Part shown: one piece after another, positions 13,664 through 28,220 of the stretch | How the letters are laid out: each line of letters starts with the position of its first letter | Position numbering within the stretch: position 1 is the first letter of the stretch | Assembly: GCA_951406725.2 (NCBI GenBank) | Contig: OX597823.1 | Span: 77,748,001 to 77,812,000, forward strand | Origin: Octopus vulgaris | Taxonomy: Eukaryota | Length of the DNA: 64,000 nucleotides | Direction: 5' to 3' | Notes under the pieces: generated by a model | What the model saw: only the letters and a program-made list of their open reading frames with translations | What the model was told of the DNA's origin: nothing | Databases searched by the model: none | Translations under genes and position numbers: made by a program

Positions 13664-15384
13664 GCCTGGAACAACATAAAATGGAACATTTTGCTCAAAA
13701 AAATAGCATACCACCCAGTCCAGGAACTGAAAGTATGGTCCTGTGATTATGAGTGCAACACCCTAACCACTAGGTCATGCACTATTATAATTTTCTGCAA
13801 AACAAGATTAAGTCTAGTCTTCACTGATGCACCACATATGAATCAATGAATTCTAAAACTCATCATTACCTAGAGCTCAAAGAAATGTTTCTTGGAATTT
13901 TTTTTGTATTTCATTGATCTTGTGGTGTTTGGTGGGGTAGGTTGGCAGTTGTTAAGATAAATTTCTCAAAATGTTTCATTGGATAATATACCTGCAGATG
14001 ACCTTTTTCCTTCTAAGTGATCCAAAATTGGAAAAAAAAAAAAAAAGCCATATTATTAGCAAATGCCAAGCCATAAAAGCTGCAGAAATACTTTTCACAC
14101 GATGAAAAGAAAAAGGATAAACCTAAAAATCAAATAGCAATTTGCACAAGACAGTGAAGATAAAAAAAATGAAATGACCTTTTCTATTATCTATCCAATA
14201 ATTCTTTGGTTTGCTGGTCGGTCAAACCAGCTTTTTGTTTTATTATTTTTTTAATATTTTTTATTTTGTTTTTTTTTTTCTCCCCTCATTCCTGTTTGTC
14301 TAATATACATTACTGTCTGTAAGTTTTGGTGAAGCAGAAATGTAGAAAAAAAAGTTATTTCACTGAATGCTTGGAAAATCAAACATGTTAGGAACTTGTA
14401 CTTGGTTGCAGTTGTTATACTTTCTAGAAGTAACAATCAAATTTCCCTCAAATTACACCCTATTCTCAAAGACAAAAAAAACAACGAAGGAGAGAGAGAT
14501 TGAATAATATAGTCTGGAATAAACTATGCCAAGAAATAGAAGAGTAAATGATTTGCAAGGAATGATAATGAAATGGGACAGTCAAAGAAGCATCAGTTAG
14601 TTCAGGCAGCACCAACATCAGCTAAGCAACAAAATACAATAAATTTCTATTGCTGTTTCTGCAGTCATTTTGCCATATTGATCAAGACAAGATTGTTTTG
14701 TGTGACCAGTGCTGTTGTTATTCATATTCAGACCTAGGTCCCGATCAAACAGACTGATGTTCAAAAGACTTCCAACCATGACCATTCTCACTTTTTTCCT
14801 AAGAAAAAAGGGTGCTGTTACAGGAAGATTTTAATAGTTATTGTTTAACACATGGTCGGGTTTGACTAGGCAAATCTGTGATCAAAAGCATTCCAGCCAT
14901 ACAAGTTTTCTTCTCTGCAGCTGCTGACACAGTGTGTTGCATTGAGAGGGGAGTAAACTCATCTAATGACATAATCTGCCTACAGCATGCTAAAGGTTAA
15001 GAACATTTTGGACAATATAGTTCATGACACCCTATGTTTGAATAGAAGATGAGGTAGTTGTGGCTGGAAATGTCTTTGAGCATAAGTGTACTTGATCTGG
15101 GTAGATTTACGACTAAACAACAAGTACAACCATTAACTCAAATATATTACAGCAATTCAGCAGTTTATGTTGAATCACCACAATAAAAAGCAAAGAGATT
15201 TAATGGAAATCTAAGTTAATTACATTTCTTTTTCATTCAGAACAATTCTAGATATTTGTATGATTCAAATATGTCATTCTTGAAGTTGTAAATATTTTTA
15301 TACTCATCAAACTCATGGTTAAAAATGTTTTTTTTTCTGCACAATATTCAGTGGAACTGGTGTCTGCTGCACACACACACATAC

Positions 15385-15433
15385 CCACACATCAGATATA
15401 CATACATACATACATACATACACACATACATAC

Positions 15434-15502
<69 letters not shown>

Positions 15503-15618
15503 TATATACATATACATATATATATACATACATATATATATATATACACACACATATATATATATACATATATATATATATACACACACACAAATATATG
15601 TATGGATACATATCAGTA

Positions 15619-15670
<52 letters not shown>

Positions 15671-15786
15671 CACATATATGTGTATATACATATATTATAT
15701 ACATATGTACATATACATATAGAAATATATATATACACATGCAGACACTTACACACACACACATATATATGTATATATGCACACTT

Positions 15787-15826
<40 letters not shown>
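15385..15826. repeat. (TACA)/(TA)n compound microsatellite
   Basis: Direct reading. Confidence 0.95.
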
Positions 15827-15829
<3 letters not shown>

Positions 15830-16209
15830 ACATGAAATTTATTGTATTATTAATATTCATCATTTCTAGTCTTCTTTGCATGCGCATCCTTTCATGTATA
15901 TAGATTACATAAATTTTAGCTTTACTGTAGTCAAATCTATTACATAATTATATAGCAAAATATGTATTGGCAAATAATATATAATTATATATATATATTT
16001 ATTTTATGATGCACAATACACCATGAATCAAAAGTAGTGAAACTGAATCTAAATAGCAGAAAGCCTTGCTTGTGACAATGTATGATATAAGAATGTAAAA
16101 ATGTTAGTTCTATATTTTCAGTTCAGTCTGCAGGAACAGAAGCATGGACTCTTCCAACAATTATTCCACATTTTGTTGATTGCTGCATGTCAGCAAATAG
16201 TTCTTCAAT

Positions 16210-16478
16210 ATGTGTGTGTGTGTGTGTGGTGTGTGTGTGTGTATGGTGTGTGAGTGTGTGTGTGTGTGTGGTGTGTGTGTGAGTGTGGTTGTGTGTGTAT
16301 GTCTTTGCATGTGTGTCTTTGTGTATGTGTGTGGTGTGGTTATGTGTGTGTATGGATGTGCATGTGTGCGTATATTGTTGTGTGTGTGTGTCTTTGCACG
16401 TGTCTTTGTGTGTGTGTGTCTTTGTGTGTAGTGTGGTTATGTGTGTGCATGAATGTGTGTTTGTGTGTGTGTGTGTGC
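16210..16478. repeat. Degenerate (TG)n tract
   Basis: Direct reading; followed by the 3' half of a family A SINE (~16480-16568). Confidence 0.9.
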
Positions 16479-16568
16479 TTGTGTCTGTCTTTGTCCTTCA
16501 TCACTGTTTGATTACCAGTGTTGGTATGTTTACACCCCTGTTCTGTAAAAAGAGACCGATAAAATAAG

Positions 16569-16931
16569 CGTGATCGTTGCCAGCGTCACCTTACTACCAC
16601 ATGTGCCAGTGGCATGAGAAAAGCAACATTCAAGCATGGTCGTTGCCAGTGCCACCAGACTGGCTTCCATGCAGGTAGCATGTAAAAAACACCTTTTGAG
16701 CGTGGTCTTTGCCAGAACCACCTGAATGGCCCTCATGCCGGTGGCAAGTAAAAAGCACCCACTACACTCTTGGAGTGGTTGGCATTAGGAAGGGCATCCA
16801 GCTGTAGAAACCTTGCCAGATCAGATTGGAGCTTGGTGCAGCCTTCTGGCTCACCAGTCCACAGTCAAACCATCCAACCCATGCCAGCAAGGAAAGCGGA
16901 CGTTAAATGACAATGATGATGATAATGATGA
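16569..16931 (+). mobile_element. RTE-type LINE 3' UTR fragment with (GAT)n tail
   Basis: aaaagcacccactacactc...gttggcattaggaagggcatccagc...catgccagcaaggaaagcggacgttaaatga; homologous to the UTR adjoining RTE coding remnant at 42968-43592. Confidence 0.8.
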
Positions 16932-17047
16932 TATATATTTGTACACACATGCATACATTTGTGTGCGTGTGTATATGTGTGAGTGTGTGTTTGTATGCTT
17001 GTATGTATGAAACAAAATGTCATCTGGATTCTCTACATATTGTTTAA

Positions 17048-17267
17048 CTCTTTAGAATTCAAACCGGCCATATTTGGCCAAAATATTCCCCCAGTTTTAT
17101 ATTGAAACTGAGCAGATTAGGCCTCTCACACCTACCCTACGATGTCATTTTAAAACTAAACAATCACATAATTGAAATCTGTAAACTACATGATGATAGA
17201 TGATTAATTCAGCACAATATAAATAAACAAGCATCATTTTTGCCAGAATAATTTGAATAATAAAGGG
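17048..17267. mobile_element. piggyBac-type MITE
   Basis: TTAA at 17044-17047 and 17268-17271; imperfect TIRs ctctttagaattc / gaataataaaggg. Confidence 0.7.
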
Positions 17268-17974
17268 TTAACAAGCTGAAATTCATTTCGCTAAGTTTCT
17301 AAGCAAAATGCTTTTCACTCTACATTACTTCAGTTCATCAAGTTGTCAGATCAGTCTGTTTCACCAGTCACATGTCCACTTTCTGATTTTACTTTACATG
17401 TCTAATCTGTATAATTATTTTTGTAGTCGAAGCTGTTGTAGATAAGCTATATTATCAACTGTGTTTCAGCTGCGAACACCCTGTCAATTCTTCCAGTATG
17501 TGTGAATAGGTTTAGGTTACAGAATATACTTTAGTTCTTATAATATGCTGGGGTGTGATACAAAGCAGAATTATGTGCTATTTCTGACAGTACTGAGTGA
17601 TCATGTGGTGATCCCTGTACACAGTGGCCAATATACAATGACCAGTTCACTTATGCTAGAATTAATAAATGTTTGTCATCCATTACATGCTTTTTATTTA
17701 TTTCTCCCTAAAAGAACTCTCACTACATTACATACACACAAACACACACACACAAACATGCATATCCTCATCATCATTGTTTAGTGTCCATCTTCCATGC
17801 TTCCATGGGTAGGATGGTTGACAGGAGCCAGCCAGGTAGAAGAAGTATCATAGGGTAAGGGTTTTATGGCTGGATGCCCTTCCTAATATCAACTACTCTG
17901 CAGGGTGACTCAGTGCGTTTTACATGGCACTAGCATAGACGAGGTTAGTTTTGGCATGATTTTTACATCTAGAC

Positions 17975-18009
<35 letters not shown>

Positions 18010-18490
18010 CTAGCAGTATTGCCTAGCTTTGCAAAATTGTCACATTTAATCCAAAACGTTAAAGATGTTATGAAAACAATTGGTATGTATTCACAAAGTT
18101 CAAACGATTAATACGAAAAAACCCTCCAGGCTACATCCTGAAAATTTATTTCTTTGCCGAATTTCTACAATGTTTATGGCGATTCATTTTTATATCTTGA
18201 TTTTTTATTTTTCATGCAATTTACGCATGCTTGCACGCGTGGTGAACACAGTTCACATCAAACAGCTGACTGAGTAAAGTTTGCATGTGATAAAGCCTAA
18301 ACAAACACATTATCAATTTTTGCACTTCCGAGATGAATTTCGGAACAGAAATAGCGCAGTTCAATTTTCCTTCGCCTAAACTTTAAGTGACCCATTTTTG
18401 GTGGTTCTACAATTTGTTGGCAAGGAGGTGATGTGCCGGGAAGTTAAACACACCGACACACAAGTGTTGAGTTTTATATATATATATATA
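18010..18490 (-). mobile_element. Non-autonomous Helitron-like element
   Basis: + strand actagcagtattgcc terminus identical to that at 11940; other end gagttttatatata merges into (TA)n; body differs from 11941-12333. Confidence 0.6.
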
Positions 18491-18496
18491 CACATT

Positions 18497-18697
18497 ATTT
18501 ACATTTGATGGATATTTGACCTCATCTTGTTTGTTGTTAACACAATGTTTCGGCTGATATACCCTCCAGCTTTAATCAGGTGTCTTGGGGAAATTTGGAA
18601 CCTGGGTTTTTTGATGTTATTAGTATTATTATAAATTTCCCCAAAACGTTGATTTAACAACAAACAATATGTGGACAAATATCCGTCAAATGTAAAT
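18497..18697. mobile_element. Foldback Penelope-like remnant with degenerate hammerhead (minus, ~18539-18584)
   Basis: Arms 18497-18596 / 18633-18697 are inverted; minus strand gacac-CTGATTA-a-agctg...cagcc-GAAAC-att-gtgtt; right arm lacks the ribozyme centre. Confidence 0.7.
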
Positions 18698-18762
18698 TAT
18701 ATACATAATTTCTCATCTCTTAAATATACAACTGTATGTATATATATATATATATATGTATG

Positions 18763-19117
18763 TATTCTTTTACTTGACTGCAGCCATATTGGGGCACCAC
18801 CTTTACTCGAGCAAACTGACCCAAGTACTTATTCTATCGGTCTCCTTTGCCAAACTGCTAAGTTATGGGGATGTAAACACACCAGCATCGGTAGTATGTT
18901 TACATCCAGCATCAGTTGACAAACACGGACACAGAAACATATACACACACACATACATATATACATATTTCAGTTTCCATCTACCAAATCCACTCACAAA
19001 GCTTTGGTTGGCTTGAGGCTATAGTAGAAGACACTTACCCAAGGTGCCCTGCAATGAGACTGAACCCAGAACCACGTGGTTGGTAAGCAAGCTACTTACC
19101 ACACCACCACTCCTGCA

Positions 19118-19119
<2 letters not shown>
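18763..19119 (-). mobile_element. SINE family A with small internal deletions
   Basis: Reverse complement of family A head and tail. Confidence 0.88.
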
Positions 19120-19168
<49 letters not shown>

Positions 19169-20189
19169 ATGTTGCTTTTATGCCAAGTCTGATGAAGGCA
19201 TGCAATCTGATATTTCAAAGTCACTGTCAACCACTTCTTTGCAAAATTTTGATATATGTAGACATACACACACACAAGTACACATATTATACACATATAG
19301 AAACTTATAACGCATTTATTGTCATAACAGATACTTTCAGTCTTTACTTAGCTGCATTGATACCTCTAACTTTGTAACATGATATATATATATATATTAT
19401 ACAATATATGCTTGATGTATAGCCATTGTTTAAATTTTAATGCTTTGTCTACAGAAACACTTACACTCTCACATATGTGTGTGTGTATGTGTGTATGTGT
19501 TTATGTGAAACAGTAATAAAATATATATAAACGATACATCAAATTTCTCATAATACAAACAAGTAGTAATAATAATTACACAATATCATTTGTCACCTGA
19601 TATACAGAGTAAATATTTGAAGTGAGGAAATTAAATTCGTTTCCTTTCTTCTTTGAGATTCCTGTTGAATCTCTATAACTATGTGATTGCATCCAATAGA
19701 AGACCACAACATAATTTGGACAAACATGCTCTTTAATTAACTTATAATTACAAACAACACTGTGTAGTTGCTCAAATAATTTTTGGGAAACTTTTAAAAA
19801 TTACATCAATCTTTATTTGTATAAATCCATTGATAAACTATTTTCAATATTTAATGTTTTCCCCAAGTAATTATAAAATTCTTTTGTTAAAATATCTTTG
19901 ATCCCTTAAAAATTAGTGTAATTTTTTTCTTTAATATTATTTATTCATAGCTATTAAATGAGAATTATAATACATTTGTCAGAGAGATTTAAAACCTTTA
20001 TGAAAATCATAAAATGAAGACATAAAAATAAATTTGTCTTTTTGGTTTTGTTTATTTTTCTGTTTTTCTTTTTGTATAGCATTTTACCATTCCTCTTGTT
20101 TTGTCCATTACTTAATATTTCCAAATAAATATTTTCTATGGAACATAAAAGTCATTTTGAAAATTAAAAATATGTTCTTATTATAACAA

Positions 20190-20747
20190 TGAATCATCAT
20201 CTTCACCGTGATCATCATCATCGTCATCATCAGCTTCATCATCATTATCATCATCATTGTCGTCATCATCACCATCATCATTATCATTATCGTCATCTTA
20301 AACATAATTGTCATCACTACTACCATCACCACCATTAACACCACTAATGTTTTTGCTTCTTTTTTTTCCACCCCATATGAGGGCATGCAATGGGTTGGAT
20401 GTGTATGCAGTGCAACATATTTCCACTTATTGTGGTCTTTTGTCATCTCATTTCAAATTTATTAATCAGTGTAAACAAAAAGAAAAAGTGTAAAACAACA
20501 GTAAATAATGATAAAGTAAAACAAAAATTTCATACAAACAAAATGAAATCTTATGGAAACGAAGAGTAAAACAACAAAAATAAATGTGATGATAATGATG
20601 ATGATGATAGTAATAGTAATAATGATAATAATAATAGTATTAATAATAATAATAGCAATAATGATAATAATAATAGCTATAATAATAATAATAATAATAA
20701 TATTAATAATATTGATGATGAGGATGATGATGATGATAGTAATAATG

Positions 20748-20786
<39 letters not shown>

Positions 20787-20848
20787 GCAATTATAATAAT
20801 AATAATGATGATAATAATAATAATAATAATGATAATAATAATAGTAAT
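20190..20848. repeat. (CAT)n tract 20190-20340 and (TAA/TGA)n tract 20588-20848
   Basis: Direct reading. Confidence 0.93.
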
Positions 20849-21574
20849 GGAAAATAGCAAACAGAAAACAAATATAAAACTCAGATGAGATTCCAAAATT
20901 CTATTAATGACACAAGCAAGGTCAATATTACGCGTTTCATGTGAAATAAAATTTTTTTTCCTATCCAATATTCTATAGTGACCTTTAAACAATAGAAGGA
21001 AACTTTCAAACTTAAAGAAATATATATATTTCCATTTCCAACAGGTAATTGTATATTCAACATTATTGACGCCCTCTTGAATAATGTAGGAAAATTTTAA
21101 CATTAAATTTATACGTCAAGTTTACAGAAATATTTCAGTAAACAGCTTAAATTGTCAAAGGAAAACATCCCATCATTGCTAAAAGATAAGCAAAATAAAA
21201 TTGGGAAATAGCTTATCTTTAAGGAAAACACAATAAAATCATGACACCGTTTCCTTGTTGTTGGGTAATAACAAAAATTTCTCACTTAATCAGTCAACCA
21301 TTTTCTTTTCTTTTATTTTTTTCTTCTTATCTTATACAAAAAAGGTACATTTATCATAATATGTAGTCTACAGATAAAAATAAATTTGTCTACACTTTTC
21401 TATATAAATGTAAATGAAATAAATGTTTTTCATTGATACACATACACACGTGCAGACACATATTTGTGTCTGTATTTATGTGTATGTTTATCTGTTTGTG
21501 TATATGTGTATATCTGTGTGTACACATGTGTGTGTGTGTGTGTGTGTGCACGTATGTGTGTGTGTGTGTGTGTG

Positions 21575-21621
<47 letters not shown>

Positions 21622-22862
21622 GGAAAAATATAAGGAAATTGTTTGCATAAATTTAAGTTAGTTTATTCGCAGACTATTATCTCTAATATAAAACAGAGTT
21701 TATCTATGTAAAAAAAATATATTAATAATGTTTATGATGATGACGATGACGACGATAATGATATCAATGGTGGTCACTATGATCATCACTATATTGCTTT
21801 GTATTCCAATGATGGCCTTGTCCACACACACATGACACACATCAAAATGAACGAATCATTTGCTTTCATATCTGTACTTACACAGTTCATGCTTAACCTA
21901 CAGTGCAGAGTGTAAACATTACTTTTATCTAAAGAGTCAAAGAACTTCAAATATGAATTACTGTTACTTATAACATACTTTTTATTATTGTTGTTGTTCT
22001 TGTTGCTTAACTCCTTGTCAATTTGGATTGGACAAACACATATTTAAAATCATTCCGGCCATGATCGTCTTGTCATATTTTCCTTATGATATCTTTCATA
22101 TCTAATATGTAACTGCCATCATTGTATCTCTTCCATTACTAACTACCATAATTGTGTCACTTTTGTTACTCCTTCTCACCCTAGTTCTTTTGTCACTGTT
22201 CTCTCTTCTGGTCAACCTCTTGGTCAAATTGTCTCAAATGCAGAAGTGGCACAGCTAGAGTGTGTCACTCGGTGCAGCTTTGTGTTCAACACCCTCCCCT
22301 CGCACACCCTGGGCTCCCAACCCTATACATACTTATATGTAAAGATATAAAGATGACAATTAACTTATTAAAGACTACATTATTCAATGTGTCCTTTTCG
22401 AGATAAAAGACTAAAATTTGAAAGCTATTTGGTTGTTATTTCTACTAGGCCAGGCAATCTTACAGAAGGCTTCCTCGTTGTGTTAAAATACTCTTAGTTG
22501 TAAGCAATGAAGATTTCAACACTGTATTGATGAATCAGTTTAATTTGTACTATTTGCAATTAAATGAGTGCTTTGTTTGAACCAAGACAATTGATCCATC
22601 TACCAATAGTAACACACTTTTAATCATTCTCATGATTCTTTTCAGCTCAGTATTCTCTATTATTATTAAAGTGTTGCAATTCCTAAAGGCTAATAGTGTG
22701 GATATGAAGTATGAAGAATTGGATATTTATTTAAATATCTGTGCATATAGATTAAGTTCATTCCAGAATAATTAGATGTTTAGTGCTGAACATATTACAT
22801 GAATGAATGAATGAATGAATGAATGTATGCATGCATGTATGTGTGTGTGTGTGTGTGTTTGC

Positions 22863-22895
<33 letters not shown>

Positions 22896-22989
22896 CATAT
22901 ATAGTAATTATCTGCTGACAATTCTGCACGCATACATGTTTGAATGTAGGAATGTGTGTATGTGTGCATTCATATTAGTTTCCAGTCTT

Positions 22990-23197
22990 GCCAGAAGGCC
23001 AAAATTTCAGGGAAGGAATTAAGTCAATTGCATCAACACCAGTATTCAACTGGTACTTATTTTATCGAACCCCCAAAAGGCTGAAAGCAAAGTCAACCTC
23101 CGTGAAAATTGAACTCAGAACATTAAAAAAAAAAAGACAGACAAAATACTGCAAAGCATTTTGCCTTGTGTGCTCACAATTCTTCTAGTTCACCACC
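22990..23197 (-). mobile_element. SINE family B
   Basis: ctggtacttattttatcgaacccc...gaaagcaaagtcaacctc...gaactcagaac is the reverse complement of the family B body. Confidence 0.82.
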
Positions 23198-23743
23198 TTC
23201 AACATACATATCCATATTAACACCAATTAAGTAAATTTCATTATCAGGTTTTCGTTTTTCTAAGACCTTCCAATTCAATTTGGATGAGAAGGAATTAGGA
23301 TATATCATTTCTCCATACATTTCCTAGAACTTCAGTGTCATATTAACACTGCATTGAAATTTAAAATCCGGCTTTTATCATAAATTCCAATGGAAATTGA
23401 AGCACTGTTTAACTATTCTATTCTATATAATACAGTTTTTGATCTAGCATTTTGCAAGCACTAATTATATATATCATATTATCTCTTTTTCCTACTCAGT
23501 CAACATTCAGTTCTTAATTGAATCACTAGGTTGGTTTAGGATATTGACAATTTTCGCATCTAATGTTTTCTTCATATTCTTGGTAAAAGAGAAGAACTAT
23601 TTTAACACTAGAGGGCGTATATGAACTTAATAAATAGTTTGGCGGAAATTTACAGGAAAAGTCTAGATTCAGTAAATCTAATTTGGGTAATAGACTTAAT
23701 CCATTGTATGATTGCAAGTATTTATTCTAAGAATGTCTGGAGT

Positions 23744-24140
23744 GGTGCAGGAGTGGCTGTGTGGTAAATAGCTTGCTTACCAACCACTTTGGTTCTGGGG
23801 TCAGTCCCACTGCATGGCACCTTAAGCAATTGTCTTCTGCTATAGTTTTGGGCTGACCAAAGCCTTGTAAGTGGATTTGGTAGATGGAAAGTGAAAAAAA
23901 GCCCATTATATGTTTCTGTGTGTGTGTTTGTATATGTTTGTCCCCTCACTATCACTTGACAACAGTTGTTGGTGTGTTTACGTCCCCATAACTTAACAGT
24001 TCAGCATAAGAGACCAATAGAATAAGTACTAGGCTTACAAAGAATAAGTCCTGGGGTTGAGTTGTTTGACTAAAAGCATTGCTCCAGCATGGTCACAGTC
24101 AAATGACTGAAACAAGTAAAAGAATAAAAGAAAAAGAATA
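23744..24140 (+). mobile_element. Full-length SINE family A
   Basis: ggtgcaggagtggctgtgtggtaa head to gactgaaacaagtaaaagaataaaag tail. Confidence 0.92.
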
Positions 24141-24545
24141 ATGATCTCACGAGTCATAGTTTCATTCATCCTTCTTTAGTCAAGGAATCTGGGAAAATGC
24201 TCAGTACTTACTTGTGTATAAGTCACTCTATTTTAAACTAGATTTTCACTGAGAAAACTGGAGTGCAAATTTCAAATGGGACAAAGCTAAAACTACGAAC
24301 AGGAAAAAATATTACACTAAGAATTAACATTAATTAAGGAGTGTGATTTACACAGGTAATTACAATAATTGTCATGGTACTTCCTACATTAAACTATAAT
24401 TTTAAAAAATCCCAATACTTCTAAGTAGAATTATGATAAAAAAAATTCTATCCATGTCAATACCTTCTTATTTTTTAAGACTGAAACAATTTGTATTCAA
24501 TTTATCCTTTTTTTAAAGATTGCAAGATGTGATTATAAAGGGACG

Positions 24546-24660
24546 AGACTGTTATTCTGCTGGTTGGACTCAGTAACAAACCATACAAAACTTCAAAGGA
24601 GACCAGACTGTTATTCTATTGGTTGGATTCAGTGACAATCGATACAAACCTTCAATGCAG
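24546..24660. repeat. 59-bp tandem duplication
   Basis: agactgttattct..tggttgga.tcagt.acaa..atacaaa.cttcaa at 24546 and 24605. Confidence 0.8.
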
Positions 24661-26429
24661 AAACATACTTACATGTGTACCAGAGTAAAATCGATTTATT
24701 TATACCTGCTTTGTATGATACATACAAGACTCTTAAATTCTTGTTCTACTTACCATATTAATTGTGCTATATAAGTTCCACACCTTTGACTAATTGATTT
24801 TACTTTGGATTTTTTTAGTGAGCTTTCCTTTGATAAATGCTTAATTTTTTATAATGAATCAGGTCGTGTAACTAAAGTACATATGCATCCATACATAAAT
24901 ACATACACAAATACATACATGAATACATACATACATACATACATACATACGTATGTATATGTACTTCAGTTACAAGTCTTGATACCTCTAAAAGATTACA
25001 TATCATCATCATCATCATCATCGTTTAACATGTATCTTCCTTGCTTTGATTTCGAGGTCGATTAAATAAGTACCAGTTACGTACTGGGGTCGATATAATC
25101 GACTTAATCCATTTGTTTGTCCTTGTTTGTCATCTCTGTGTTTAGCCCCTTGTGGGTAGTAAAGAAATAAATATTTTAAAGAATTGTCAAATTCTTACTG
25201 ATGGAATATTGCCCAAAATATTCAAAGAAATAGGTACTGTCTATGTAAATTAATAATAATTTGTAGTATAGGCACAAGGCCAATTTATGCCAATTAATAA
25301 AAGCAAATAGCTTCATTCCGTTGAGTTTAAGTCTTGGCAAAATTATTGCAAGCATATTTTATGCAACCCCAGATAACTACATTTTCAATTCTTAAGAAAG
25401 ACTAAATAGAAATGTGACTAGAGTTGCAAGTTGTTATCAAATGACATTTATGAATATTAGCAAACACATACCGATTCCTTCATAAATAGCATTGAATTTT
25501 AGAGAGCAGAAAATGATTATAGCTGATCTAAATCAGAGATATCTGGATATTCATGAATAGCTGAAAAGTAGAGAGTTTTCTGTGATCTTTTCAAGAAAGG
25601 AAGTTTCCTTGGCTAAGTCTTAATCAAATGCATATACAAACTAAGAAAGATTAAGATAAATTTCATAAGAATTGCATTGAAGTGTTCTATAATTTTCCTT
25701 TACACAAGTCACTTTTCTAAGAACGAGATTTTATAGCGTCTATTGATCCTGTGTAGAGCAAACCAACTATGATTTCCACTGACTAGTTATGCCTTGGAAA
25801 TATATTTAAATTCTTCTATTGCCATCACAAATATTGACCAATATCAAATATTCTATTGATAGAGGTTGATAAAATATTGCCTTTTCAGCATTCCTTACAA
25901 AAGTAGACAAATAAATATTAAAAAAAAGAATCTTTGAAAATTCTTCATCTTTGATTTTTGTGGGGGAATTTTTTTTTTAAAATTACTGTTTGTAAGGAAA
26001 CCAGATTTTTTTATTTGTTTATTATTTAATTATATATTATTCTTATTGTCATCTACATTTTATCAACATCACCGTAATCATTGCACTTGTTATCATCACC
26101 ACAGCTTTCATCAATATCATCATCATCGTCGCCATCATCATGTTTACAATATCTACCAAATTCATTATCAAGTAGTTAAGAAAAAAGATAGCAAAATAAT
26201 TACTCTAAAGAGAATATATATCTATGAATGTGTGTGCATACATGTGTGTTTCTGTATGTGTGTATGTGTGTCTGTATGTGTGTGAGAATGTCTATTAAGA
26301 ATATCTATCTGACTATTATGGCAAATAAAACAATATTTGAACCTCTTTCATTGGAGGAAAGATAATGTGGTCAATTTTCAAACTCTTTTAAGAGCAATGA
26401 TGCTCATTGATCCATGTTGAAAATAGCTT

Positions 26430-26600
26430 TTATTGTTATTCGGCCAAAGGTCAGCCATGAGTGAGCAGATCTATAATCAAAGATTCCACACAAGGCCATT
26501 CTGTCCAGACATAGTGTATCTAAGATCCAAAGAAGTGTGTATATTTTTAAAACTTTTTTGATGTGATGTAAAAGAGATTAAGCTGCTATTTCTAGCTGAT
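26430..26600 (+). repeat. Old dispersed repeat (representative copy)
   Basis: Motifs like gatcaaaggcattccagccatgacc and gctgctatttctagc recur degenerately at ~9500-9640, 14730-14900, 22020-22070, 22420-22460, 39600-39790 and 49400-49550. Confidence 0.55.
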
Positions 26601-26694
26601 TGAATAACTGCCAAATGGATCTCAGATCAGTTCAGGATGTATGTAGTTTTTGTTTTATTTTCAACAATTTTCAAACTACCAATTCCTTTATCTT

Positions 26695-26740
<46 letters not shown>

Positions 26741-26798
26741 CATTATCATTCTTAGCGGTATTTTGCTGGACAAAATGCTTAGTGATATTTTGCTCGAT

Positions 26799-27195
26799 GG
26801 TGGCGAGCTGGCAGAAACATTAGCATGCCGGGCGAAATGCTTAGCGGTATTTCGTCTGCCATTATGTTTTGAGTTCAAATTCCGCCGAGGTCGACTTTGC
26901 CTTTCATCCTATTGGGGTCGATTAAATAAGTACCAGTTACGCACTGGTGTTGATATAATCGACTTAATCCATTTGTCTCTCCTTGTTTGTCCTCTCTGTG
27001 TTTAGCCCCTTGTGGGTAGTAACGAAATGGGTATTTTGCCCATTTTTATATACTGAGTGCAAATTCCATCAAGGTCGACTTTGCCTTTCATCCTTTCGGG
27101 GTCGATAAAATAAGTACCAGTTGAACACTGGAGTCGATGTGAACAACTCATCTGCCCCCACCAAATTGCTGCCCTTGTGAAAGAATTTGAAACTG
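26799..27195 (+). mobile_element. SINE family B plus a second 5'-truncated copy with a different tail
   Basis: ggtggcgagctggcagaaacattagc...; body aggtcgactttgcctttcatcc occurs twice (~26888, ~27072). Confidence 0.9.
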
Positions 27196-27955
27196 TTGTT
27201 GCTGTACCTGCAGCAGCCACAGCAGCAAGGGAATTTTACAATTTGAACTCTAATGAAGAAATATACCATTTCTCACTTCTTTTTGGTTCCCAGTCCAACC
27301 TGTAAGACTTCCATTCATATTTGCAGCCCCTAATAGTTTCTCCTGTGCTTTAATTCTCCATCTTCCCCTGCATACAAAATTTTACTTCTTTCTATGAAAA
27401 TTTACTAGAAGCAGAAAGCAATTGATAAATTAACAAAGAACTGAAATATAAATGATGTGATATAAGCAATTCATATCCTGTCAGCTGGACTGGATTATGG
27501 TTCTGCACAAAGTACAACCAGCCTTCTCTCTGCAACCACTTAGCTATAAAGAAGCACTGCAATCTAGCACAGCCTGTTACTTTAAGTGGAAGAAACATTA
27601 TAAAATAATGAATGCTGCCTTGGCTTATGGAACTGAGTGCAGTTGTTCATTAATTCTAGATTATCCTTAACTGAGCAGGCCTGGTATCTGACATTCTTAC
27701 AAGCTTCCTTATTTTCATGTGTTTTATTTTACATTAAGTAAAAGTGCATGGCTTAGTGGTTAGGGTGTTGCACTCACAACTACAAGATTGTGGTTTTGAT
27801 TCCCACACTAGGCAGTATATTGCATTATTGAGCAAAACACTTCTCATCTCACATTTCTCTGCAGCCACTTCAGCACCTGACATATGTGCCACACCATACA
27901 CCTGAACAGGTATTGTTGATTTGATGGAGAGAGAGAGTTAATCTACATCACAAAC

Positions 27956-28220
27956 ATCATCATCATCATCATCATTTAATGTCCATTTAGCATGCTGGCT
28001 TGAGTTGGACATTTTGACAGGAGCTGGTAAAGCCAGGTGTCATACCAGGTGCCATAGTCTGTGTTGGCATGGGTTCTACAGCTGGGTGCTCTTCCAAACG
28101 CTAACCACTTCTCAAAGTGTATTGGGTGCTTTTTTTTATGTGGCACCAGCACCGGTCCATTTTACATGGAACTGTCACCAGTGCTTTTTCTTCATGGCAC
28201 CAGCACCAGTGCTTTTTACT
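27956..28220 (-). mobile_element. RTE-type LINE 3' UTR fragment
   Basis: (cat)n-ttaatgtcc...catgctgg tail in reverse orientation, same UTR as 42968-43200. Confidence 0.7.

Noticed and set aside
20919-20985. Minus-strand GAAAC-gc-GUA-atatt hammerhead-like 3' half
   Set aside because: Upstream core reads UGGAUAG and stem II is out of register; too many deviations.
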